Shown here: positions 10,569 through 19,700 of the stretch, piece by piece | How positions within the stretch are numbered: position 1 is the first letter of the stretch | Layout: each line of letters starts with the position of its first letter | Origin: an uncultured Verrucomicrobiae bacterium | GTDB taxonomy: Bacteria > Chlamydiota > Chlamydiia > Chlamydiales > Rhabdochlamydiaceae | DNA: 64,000 nucleotides | NCBI GenBank assembly: GCA_963718565.1 | Contig: OY970364.1 | Location: 1,568,001-1,632,000, forward strand | Reading direction: 5' to 3' | Position numbers and translations under genes: made by a program | The notes under the pieces: generated by a model | Database searches by the model: none | What the model saw: only the letters and a program-made list of their open reading frames with translations | What the model was told of the DNA's origin: nothing

Positions 10569-10837
10569 TTGAAATTCCAAAAAATTTTTACTCTTCGACT
10601 TGTTGTTTGAGAGAATAAAGAAGCTAACATGGTGAAAATGAACATGTTCGAACCTTAATATGGCAAAAAATCTATCAAAACTCAAGCCTGATTTTTTAAA
10701 AAAATTTTACAACACACTTTAAAAAAATGAGTAAAGTAATAAGTATAAAAATTTTAGTTAACACGCTTGACAACCCCCTCTCTTTGCAGCTAAACTTAAA
10801 GAGAAGGCGGGAAAATGAGGAGAGGAGCTCAAGACCA

Positions 10838-11272
10838 ATGATTAACCCAAATATTTTGGAAGAAGCCTATAAGGAATTTTCCAAGGACCTTTTGAAATGG
10901 GTCCCTGATGGGATTATACAAGTGGATCTAAAACTGCTCAACAATTTGGGCTTGCTTAATAACGCAGAGTTGGAACATTCGATTAGCGACGACCAGCTCA
11001 ACCACTATTTTCACATCATTGAAACTCCGGACAAAGTCACTTTATTCAATGAACAGTTTGCGATTTGGATTATTCCTCATCTCGTCGATGAGACTCCGAC
11101 GACAACAACACTGATCGCTTTGCTACAAACCAATAAGCCGCATTTAGAAATCGCTTATTTGACCTCAGGCGTCTACAACACACCCAAATACATTCTAAAA
11201 GTGCTGCAGCATTTCTTGGCAGAAGTTCAAGATACCGAAGCTGTCATTTCCGCAATGGGTAAAAAGCAGTGA
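10838..11272 (+). CDS. Conserved chlamydial hypothetical protein
   Basis: 144-aa ORF after an AGGAG RBS, divergent from dac; same position as a conserved hypothetical gene in Chlamydia. Confidence 0.7.
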   Translation: MINPNILEEAYKEFSKDLLKWVPDGIIQVDLKLLNNLGLLNNAELEHSISDDQLNHYFHIIETPDKVTLFNEQFAIWIIPHLVDETPTTTTLIALLQTNKPHLEIAYLTSGVYNTPKYILKVLQHFLAEVQDTEAVISAMGKKQ

Positions 11273-11315
11273 GAGACCTTAGAGGGAATTGTTAAACTTC
11301 TCGCCGCATTAAAAT

Positions 11316-11858
11316 GTACGTGCTACCAGTCAAGGTGTGGCCGGAGAGGCTGTTTGATAACGCTCATGAACAAATTGTGCTAAATCGATCGGATCCCCTC
11401 GAAACCACCGACTCAAATACTCCCAAAAGCTCACGCCAAATCTGGCGCATGTCTGCTTGAGCGTCAATAGGCCGTCTCGAAATTGTCTGCCCTCTACGCT
11501 TTTGGTAGTGCCAGAGATATTTCTTCGTTTAGCCACACCTCGGATATCTTGCTCACTGTCATTATTGTGCAGGGGAAGGCCGGAATGATCAAGCGCTTTT
11601 AGCATTTCTTCGCGGTATTTGGAAGTTGAGCCAATCATCTCTCTGAAGTCAAGGAACAGCGTGCAGTTCTGAAGGGATCTTAGAAAGGCATTTGTTTGAG
11701 TTCATGCCATAGCAGTCTAAATATAGGGCGCTCTGTTATCAAGCGAAAGTTTTATTAATGGGTCTGGGCGTTTTGTTCTGACTTTACAAGCCGCTCAATT
11801 CATACTTCCTCAAAAACCTGTGACATTCAGTGCTTGCCATAGGTTTTTGAGGACGTAC
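11316..11858 (-). mobile_element. Internally deleted IS66-related element, copy A
   Basis: Ends GTACGTGCT / AGGACGTAC; near-identical in reverse to 16000..16616; carries a transposase C-terminal fragment; no TSD seen. Confidence 0.8.
11330..11638 (-). pseudogene. IS66-type transposase C-terminal fragment
   Basis: LPLHNNDSEQDIR..KRRNISG...LTLKQTC..GVSFWEYL, typical of an IS66 TnpC C-terminus. Confidence 0.8.
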
Positions 11859-11866
11859 TTCCTTCC

Positions 11867-13540
11867 TTATAAATTCGTGATTTCTAATTCGCCCCCCGTA
11901 GGTCCGATAGAAATCTGCTTTTTGGGGAAATAATGGGGAAGGTTGTCCAATAGATATTGTTTTATTGGGGAAATTCCATCACATAGACGCACACTGTGGG
12001 TACCTTTTCCACAAATTAAACTAAGTGATGCTTTATCCCTGTTTTGTTCAATAAATCGAATAGACGCCAACAAGGCCATTCCTACAGTAATTCCATTAAC
12101 ACCACGATGTAAATCAATGCAACCATCTCCTTCCTTAAGCTCAAGTTTTAAACTATCTTTCACTTCATCAAAACGTTTATTTGCTTCATCAACATATCCA
12201 TTTAAAAGCAAGCAATCAATAAACACCCCGTAGGTATGAATATTATCAGATCTGTTATTTTGCCGTTTTGATTTCCATAAATTGAAAGACCTTATTGCTT
12301 CATCAACACAACCATTGTCACCTGCAGCTTTGATGTAAATCCGGTGTAGCATGGGATTAAGAATGCCCATCTTTTCAGCAATATCAAAAGCTCTCTTGGC
12401 TTGATCAGGCCATTTGTTATCACCTGCAGCTTTGATATAAGCGTTACATATGCAGTTGTTAATGATGCCCATCTTTTCAGCAATATCAAAAGCTTTCTTG
12501 GCTTGATCAGGCCGTTTGTTATCACCCGCACCTCTGATATAAGAAGCACAGATGACGTCAGTAATGGTGCCATTGGCTTCAGCAATGTCAAAAGCTCTCT
12601 CGGCTTGATCAGGCCGTTTGTTATCACCCGCACCTCTGATATAAGAAGCACAGATGACGTCAGTAATGGTGCCATTGGCTTCAGCAATGTCAAAAGCTCT
12701 CTCGGCTTGATCAGGCCGTTTGTTATCACGTGCAGCTTTGATATAAGGGCCACATATGAAGTCGCCAAGGATGTGCATCTTTTCAGCAATGTTAAAAGCT
12801 TTCTCGGCTTCTTCAAAGCAGCCTTCATTTCCGGCAAGAGTGATATATTTAGCGATGATGTATTGATTTTTTATTTCTAGGTCAGAGCTTTCAAATAACT
12901 TTTTCTTTAACTCAAAGCTCCCTTTTTTCTCAAATAGGGCCAAAAGAAGATAAGAATCTAACCCACAATTTTGATTTTGCAATTTGTATAGGGCCTGAAC
13001 CAAACTTTGAGACTTTTCAATCTTCCTTTGCATTTGCTTACTAGTCTTGGAGTCCGGTTTTGGGTTTTTAGCAATTTCAGCAATCAAAGAACCAAAACCG
13101 AAGCTTTTTTTAGCATGAATGAATGTTGCATTATGTTTCGTATTTTGATGTCTGGCAGAACAAGTACTAGAAGTGTTGTTTGTAAAAACTCTATTTATAA
13201 AAACTCTCCTAGTCTTTATATCCGGCCCTGATCCTGGCTTGAACTCTGGAGCATTAGCCGAAGGTAGTCCCCCTGATCCTGGCTTGAACTCTGGAGCATT
13301 AGCCGAAGGTAGTCCCCCTGATCCTGGCTTGAACTTTGGAGCATTAGCCGAAAGTAGTCCCCCTGATCCTGGCTTGAACTCTGGAGCATTAGCCGAAAGT
13401 AGTCCCCCTGATCCTGGCTTGAACTCTGGAGCATTAGCTGAAAGTCCCACTGTTAAAGATTTTCCAGGTATTAGCTTCTTATTTGTAGAGCCTAAAGAAA
13501 TATTTTCTAATTTTTGTTTTTCAAGTAAATTTATAGTCAT
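11867..13540 (-). CDS. PAM2-like repeat / PPR-like repeat / Smr-domain protein, candidate effector
   Basis: 557 aa from ATG 13540 (AAGGTG RBS); 5x [L/P]SANAP[E/K]FKP; about 7 helical 34-aa repeats; C-terminal IDLHRG...LICGKGTHS...GGELEI Smr signature. Confidence 0.85.
   Translation of the reverse strand: MTINLLEKQKLENISLGSTNKKLIPGKSLTVGLSANAPEFKPGSGGLLSANAPEFKPGSGGLLSANAPKFKPGSGGLPSANAPEFKPGSGGLPSANAPEFKPGSGPDIKTRRVFINRVFTNNTSSTCSARHQNTKHNATFIHAKKSFGFGSLIAEIAKNPKPDSKTSKQMQRKIEKSQSLVQALYKLQNQNCGLDSYLLLALFEKKGSFELKKKLFESSDLEIKNQYIIAKYITLAGNEGCFEEAEKAFNIAEKMHILGDFICGPYIKAARDNKRPDQAERAFDIAEANGTITDVICASYIRGAGDNKRPDQAERAFDIAEANGTITDVICASYIRGAGDNKRPDQAKKAFDIAEKMGIINNCICNAYIKAAGDNKWPDQAKRAFDIAEKMGILNPMLHRIYIKAAGDNGCVDEAIRSFNLWKSKRQNNRSDNIHTYGVFIDCLLLNGYVDEANKRFDEVKDSLKLELKEGDGCIDLHRGVNGITVGMALLASIRFIEQNRDKASLSLICGKGTHSVRLCDGISPIKQYLLDNLPHYFPKKQISIGPTGGELEITNL
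12158..12859 (-). repeat. 102-bp (34-aa) tandem repeats encoding PPR-like units
   Basis: ATCAGGCCGTTTGTTATCAC recurs at 102-bp spacing; unit ICASYIRGAGDNKRPDQAERAFDIAEANGTITDV. Confidence 0.85.
13226..13446 (-). repeat. 45-bp tandem repeat, about 5 copies, encoding PAM2-like motifs
   Basis: CCCTGATCCTGGCTTGAACT starts at 13226, 13271, 13316, 13361 and 13406; no spacers. Confidence 0.95.
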
Positions 13541-13837
13541 AAACACCTTACATTACTTTCTTAATACAATAACAATTAAATAGTGTTTTTTATTATTTGT
13601 CAATTATCTTTATAATTATTTATACTAATAAAAAAACTAAAATGGTTCATCCGACGAATGAGGACCTTCCCATAGAGAACAGGTTTAACGAGTTGAAAAA
13701 TTAAACTATATTGATAATTAACGACTTATAGATTTAACGATTGTGCAGGAAGAAGCAGAATGTAAAGTATTTTTTTGAAAAAAAGAGCGGACACAGGAAA
13801 AGAACCTTAGGAGACTAAACCTTAAGGAGGCTTTCCT

Positions 13838-14083
13838 ATGTCCACATCAAACTTGTATCATGCACATGGAATCAAAGGTGTCGAGTACAAATCCACAACC
13901 TATGAAAAAGGTTCCGTTATTTACCACACTGAGGTGGTTCATCAAAAGGTCTGTTGTCCCAAATGCAATAGTCGAAATTCTCATTTCAAAGATCAAAAAA
14001 TTCGTCGCTTCAGAATGACCCCTGTCGGATCTAAAAAATGCTACCTCGATGTGCTGCTTCATCGTTTGATTAGCATAAATTAA
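13838..14083 (+). pseudogene. ISL3-family transposase N-terminal (zinc-finger) remnant
   Basis: MSTSNLYHAHGI...CCPKC...IRRFR..PVGSKK; truncated at 81 aa; strong AAGGAGG RBS. Confidence 0.75.
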
Positions 14084-14109
14084 GAAGAGAAAATAAAGCT
14101 GATTGGTTC

Positions 14110-14784
14110 TCAAGGACGATTAAAAAGCTCCCCGATAGGGGGTTTTTCTTCTATGGGCTTTTCTTCTTTCTGAATAGACAGATCTTTTGCTCTTAAAATG
14201 AGCATGCCATCGACAATGTTTTGAGCCAGTCGTCGATAGATGAGTGTTGAAGTATCATCGTGCGCCCCTTCTACGGAATCGAGTTGCCCTAGGGAAAAAT
14301 CAAGCACTTTCTGAGGGCCTGTTTCTGGGGTGATAAAGGTCAAATCGCGAATGGAATTAGAATCGACATAATCATAATCGGTATAGGCCTTCACAGTTTG
14401 CGGCCCGATTACCGCAGCGTGCGTGGACGTGTCGATCACTGTAACGGTGGCGATCATTGTCCGTCGATTTTCTGTGCCAACGATATTGTCCCGAAGTTCG
14501 CCTGATTCGGGATTGCGATCAAAGCGATAACCAATTCGATCATCACCGTCACCAATAATCGTAGCTTCTAATAGCAGCTCCCCACCATTTTGAATACAAT
14601 CAAAATAGCCAGAGTTATTCAAAGCTCTTATCAGTTCTGCATTGAGATGTCCTTCGAGATCGCCTTTGATGTAAGGAACGGAAATCGTGACAGTTCTGCC
14701 CTCTATTTCTCCACCATCAAAGCGATATCCGCACCCAGCTGTTGTGAGCAACATGTAAAGAAAGAACACACAAAAGATTTTCAC
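14110..14784 (-). CDS. LptE-like LPS-assembly lipoprotein
   Basis: Lipobox TAGC followed by GYRF; TISVPYI; LAQNIVD tail. Confidence 0.7.
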   Translation of the reverse strand: MKIFCVFFLYMLLTTAGCGYRFDGGEIEGRTVTISVPYIKGDLEGHLNAELIRALNNSGYFDCIQNGGELLLEATIIGDGDDRIGYRFDRNPESGELRDNIVGTENRRTMIATVTVIDTSTHAAVIGPQTVKAYTDYDYVDSNSIRDLTFITPETGPQKVLDFSLGQLDSVEGAHDDTSTLIYRRLAQNIVDGMLILRAKDLSIQKEEKPIEEKPPIGELFNRP

Positions 14785-15887
14785 TGCACACTCTCGGAAG
14801 ATTCGCTAGCATCTACCGTAAATCCTGGTTTCACTGGCAGGTTTAGAACCGGGGATGGGGGAGCTGTAGGTGTAGATTCTTGTTTAGCGGGCCTGCGTGC
14901 TTCTTCTACTTCTGGTCCGCTTGCCGGTTGATAATCGAACTTGCTTAGCCGCCTATTTGCCAGCTCACAGACTTTGGTCTCGGGATATTTCATTAAAATC
15001 CGCGTGTAGTAGATATAAGCAGCTTGAGGCTTTTTTGTGCGTTCGTAAAAACGGCCCGTATCGTAAAGGTCGCTAGCAAAGATCTCTTTCATATCGAGAA
15101 ACATTTTTTCAGCGACAGCGATTCTTTCTTCCCCAGGAAAATCATGGCGGAATTTACGCAAATTGATCTCGGCCAAATCGAGGTAATCTTGATCGGGATA
15201 TTCCTTCTGGGATTGAATGAGATAAACTTCCCCAATGCCGATATAACTTTCTGCTGCTAAAGGATGCTTGGGAAAACGGCGGATCAAGACTTGATAAGTC
15301 TCGACGCTCGATTTGAACTCATCATCCTTGACGAGCAGTTTTGCCTTACCAAAAAGGGAACGGGCTGCCAATTCATGATGAGGGAGAGCCGTGATGACTT
15401 CATCATAGACGCGGATTGCCTCATCACGGGCGGGAACCCATTTGGGCATTGTTTCCCATCCTAAAATATGTTTTTTAGCCCCGTGATGATAATTTTCGGC
15501 GATTCTAAATTTATATTGGATGGCTTCCTCAAAGAATTTTGGAGTCGCTTGCTTTTTTAGATAGCTGGTTAAAAACTTATTAGCATATTCCAATTCACTT
15601 GTCTGAAAATACCCGACACCCAGATAAAACAGAGCTTCCTGTGCAAACGGCGTTGAGGAAAAGTTTTTAACGACGATCAATGATTGATGGATGACCTCGT
15701 CCCAGTTCCGCTTCTGATAGGCGTCCATCGCAATGCTATAGTGCTCCTGCACCGACATCGTTGCGACCTCTTCGCTTTTCATCAATTTACCGTTCTTATA
15801 TGTATAAGCGGCGTGAACACCCAATGGAATGGTAAGAAGAATAGAAAAAAAAGCAAGAGCTAGAGATGGCCTTTTCATAAGTTCCAT
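14781..15887 (-). CDS. BamD/YfiO-like TPR outer-membrane assembly protein
   Basis: Signal peptide, TPR helices, FYERTKKPQAAYIYY..ILMKYPET. Confidence 0.75.
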   Translation of the reverse strand: MELMKRPSLALAFFSILLTIPLGVHAAYTYKNGKLMKSEEVATMSVQEHYSIAMDAYQKRNWDEVIHQSLIVVKNFSSTPFAQEALFYLGVGYFQTSELEYANKFLTSYLKKQATPKFFEEAIQYKFRIAENYHHGAKKHILGWETMPKWVPARDEAIRVYDEVITALPHHELAARSLFGKAKLLVKDDEFKSSVETYQVLIRRFPKHPLAAESYIGIGEVYLIQSQKEYPDQDYLDLAEINLRKFRHDFPGEERIAVAEKMFLDMKEIFASDLYDTGRFYERTKKPQAAYIYYTRILMKYPETKVCELANRRLSKFDYQPASGPEVEEARRPAKQESTPTAPPSPVLNLPVKPGFTVDASESSESVQ

Positions 15888-15999
15888 GATAGATTAAGAG
15901 GAAAAGTATCCGAAGAAAAATCGAATTTGTCAATGATACAGTACAACTTTACAATTTTTTATCAGATCATCAATCGAAATCCCAAGTTTAAATATTTTT

Positions 16000-16748
16000 G
16001 TACGTCCTCAAAAACCTATGGCAAGCACTGAATGTCATTTGGATCCATGCCAGGCTTTGCATTTATCGATCTCAATCAGGCATGGATCCAAATGACATTC
16101 AGTGCTTGCCACAGGTCTCCGAGGAAGTATGAATTGAGCGGCTTGTAAAGTCAGAACAAAACGCCCAGACCCATTAATAAAACTTTCGCTTGATAACAGA
16201 GCGCCCTATATTTAGACTGCTATGGCATGAACTCAAACAAATGCCTTTCTAAGATCCCTTCAGAACTGCACGCTGTTCCTTGGCTTCAGAGAGATGATTG
16301 GCTCAACTTCCAAATACCGCGAAGAAATGCTAAAAGCGCTTGATCATCCCGGCCTTCCCCTGCACAATAATGACAGTGAGCAAGATATCCGAGGTGTGGC
16401 TAAACGAAGAAATATCTCTGGCACTACCAAAAGCGTAGAGGGCAGACAATTTCGAGACGGCCTATTGACGCTCAAGCAGACATGCGCCAGACTTGGCGTG
16501 AGCTTTTGGAAGTATTTGAGTCGGTGGTTTCGAGGGGATCCGATCGATTTAGCACAATTTGTTCATGAGCGTTATCAAACAGCCTCTCCGGCCACACCTT
16601 GACTGGTAGCACGTACATTAACTTCCTTGAAGACTCTGGCAAAAGTTGAAGACCATTTCGATCCGTGCCCAATCAAGATCGATAAGTGGTAAGTTTGGCA
16701 TGGATCAAAATGGTCTTCAACTTTTGCCATGAGTTTTTAAGGACGTAC
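16000..16748 (+). mobile_element. IS66-derived non-autonomous element, copy B (749 bp), with hairpin ends
   Basis: Inverted termini GTACGTCCT..AGGACGTAC; 8-bp TSD ATATTTTT (15992-15999, 16749-16756). Confidence 0.9.
16294..16602 (+). pseudogene. IS66-type transposase C-terminal fragment
   Basis: Near-identical to 11330..11638 (3 aa differences). Confidence 0.8.
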
Positions 16749-16763
16749 ATATTTTTCACTTCA

Positions 16764-19700
16764 TTACTCCCACTTGAGAGCTTTGAGTGAAGGCAAAAGC
16801 GCGATTTTTCTCTCTAATTCTTGGTGATAGTCGACTCCCCAGCTCTTTTCGATATGTAATATGCCGAGTTTGCCTTTCTTAGCGGTAAAGGTGATTTCTA
16901 TAGGGATTTCTCCAGAATGTGCACGAAATGCATCTTTTAGGGCCAGGATATGGCTTAAGCGAGCAAGGTCAGCATCGAGCTGGATTTTAAGCTGCTGGAA
17001 AATACTTTTCTTTACTTCTTGTTCTTTGGCAGCTTTGGAACGAAAATGTTTATTTTTTTCTCTCATCTCAAATCCCCTGGCTTGTTGTTTGGCGATATCA
17101 TAGGCATCATCGCAAGCTTTGATCATCGCTTCGTCTGCTTTTGAAAGATCGCCTAACCAACGACATTGTAAACGCATCTGTCCATCTTGGATTTCTTTTT
17201 GAATGACCGCATAGAGCAGCTGATTTTCTTGAATCAATGCGCCTTTTTCTTCAAAGAGATCCGACCAAATGGGAAGCTCAAATCTTCCATTGCCATCGCC
17301 AATTGTTACAATCGCGAATTTGCGCTGGGACTTTGCCGAAATTTTAATGACGACGCCCTCGATGATAAAGGCAATCCGGCATACGCTGCCGGAAGGGAAT
17401 TTATCCAAGTCAGAAAAAGGAACACAGGAGAGACGCTGCATCTGCGGCCGAAAATCATCGAGTGGATGACCATTAAGATAGATGCCTAAAAGCTCGTGTT
17501 CGCGTTTGAAGATTATTTGCTTCGATAATTTTTCTTTCACAGCAGGAGGAGTTTTAAAACGCGAATCTTTCTCGCCATCAATTAGAGAGAAAAGGTTCAT
17601 TACTCCTTTAGCAGCTTCTTTTTGTTCCCTAGCGGCTTCTTCATACATGGGATCGACACTCAATAACATCGCTTCCCGACTCCACCCGCTAAAATCAAGG
17701 CACCCTGCCTCAATTAAGTTCTCAATGACTTTTTTCCCCACTTTACGCGTATCGATACGCTGAATAAAATCGTAGAGGGATTGGTACGCACCGTTCTTGG
17801 TGCGCTCTTTGATAATCGCCTCGACAACGCCTTCTCCAATGCCTTTGATTCCTCCCATCGCAAAACGGATGCCGCGTGCGATCGCGACAAACTCCTGACC
17901 CGACTCATTGATATCCGGTGGCAAAATCGCAATCCCAAATGTCTGGGCCTCGCGAATATGCTTCGTGACCTTAGTGAGGTCATCGCGGTCGGTCGTCATT
18001 AATGCAGCCATCCATTCCGAAGAATAATTGGCTTTTAAATAAGCGGTGACATAACTCAAGTAGCCGTAAGCTGCTGCATGGGATTTATTGAATCCATAGG
18101 ATGCAAATTTTTCGACCTTATCGAAAATATGCATCGCAGTGGCCTCATCGATCCCATTGTTTAAGGCTCCTTGCCGGAATTTTTCGCGTTGGCGTGCCAT
18201 CTCTTCTCGGTCCTTTTTTCCCATCGCACGACGCAAGACATCGCCTTCGCCAAGCGTGTAACCTGCAAGCCGGCTTGCGATGGCCATGACCTGCTCTTGG
18301 TAGACCATAATCCCATAAGTTTCTGACAGGATATCTTCCATCAAAGGATGATCGAAATCGATCATCTCCCGCTGATGTTTGCGGCTGATAAATGAGGGAA
18401 TCATCTCCATGGGCCCAGGTCGATAAAGAGCTCCCACAGCAATGATTTCCTCGAACTTATCGATGTGCAATTGTTTGGCCAAGTCTTGCATGCCGCCGGA
18501 TTCTAACTGGAACACTCCCATCGTCCTTCCTTGATTCAACAAATCAAAAGTCGGCTTATCATCCAGGGGCAAATTGATCCAGTCAATCGACTTTTCCCTT
18601 CTTTCCTTGATCGCATCAGCAGCGTGTTGGATCGCTGTCAAGGTTTTCAAGCCGAGAAAGTCGATTTTCAACATGCCGACGAGCTCGACAGGTTTCATAG
18701 CATATTGCGTGACTACGATTTCGGAGTCTTTGGCAGTGCAGACGGGCGCATGCTCGATGATGGGATCGCCACTGATGATCATCCCTGCAGCATGGATTCC
18801 TGTATTTCTCACCGACCCTTCGAGTTTTTTTGCAATGTCGATCAAACGGCGCACTTCAGGATCTTCATTGTAAAGCTTTTTAAGATCGGGATCGATCTCA
18901 AGAGCTTTATCCAAAGTCATATTGGGATCTTCAGGAACAAGCTTAGCGATTTCATTGACTCTTGCCAAAGGCACGCTTAGGACACGTCCCACATCTTTGA
19001 TCGCCATCTTGGCTTTCATTGTTCCGAATGTGATGATTTGCGCGACTTTTTCCTTCCCATACTTTCGCAAAGTATAATCAATGACCTCACTCCTTCTGTC
19101 CATGCAGATATCGACATCGATATCTGGGTAAGAAATGCGTTCAGGGTTGATGAACCGCTCGAAGAACAAATTAAACATCAAGGGTTCAATGTCCGTGATT
19201 CCGATCAAATAGAGAACAATCGAACCCGCTCCCGACCCTCGTCCGGGCCCCATAGGGATGCCATTCTTTTTTGCCCAATTGATGAAATCCCAAACAATGA
19301 GGAGATAGTCCCCCATTCCTTTGGGTAAAATCACGCTGAGCTCGTAATCCAACCGTTCCCGAATGATTTCCAAGGGATCACGAGCAGGATGCTTTTCTGT
19401 GACTTTCGCTAGCCGTTCCGGTGTGTATCTTTTAGGAATTCCCTCTTCACACAGATTGCGCAAAAACTTTTCCGCCTCCGATAGCCGCTCTTCTTTTGAA
19501 AAAGCTTTACCCTCGAGATGTGGCGGGATAAAAACGGGATAAAATTTTGTCTTAAAATCGAATTCAAATTGGCATTGCGCAGCAATGGCCATAGATTCTT
19601 CTACAGCTTCGGGAATATCCGCAAATAGAGATTGCATTTCCGCAGGTGATTTAAAGTAAAGTTCATGCGTATAAGAGACTTGACGCTTTGGATTGCGGAC

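Noticed and set aside
13226..13446. CRISPR array
   Set aside because: Head-to-tail 45-bp units with no unique spacers, in frame within a CDS, and no cas genes in the window
12292..13583. Alternative-frame repetitive ORFs (12292..12837, 12401..12880, 13173..13583, 13216..13434)
   Set aside because: Shadows of the tandem repeats in the PAM2-PPR-Smr gene
11316..16748. Composite transposon from copies A and B carrying the effector, lptE and bamD-like genes
   Set aside because: Copy B has its own 8-bp TSD, the outer flanks share no duplication, and the core genes keep chlamydial order
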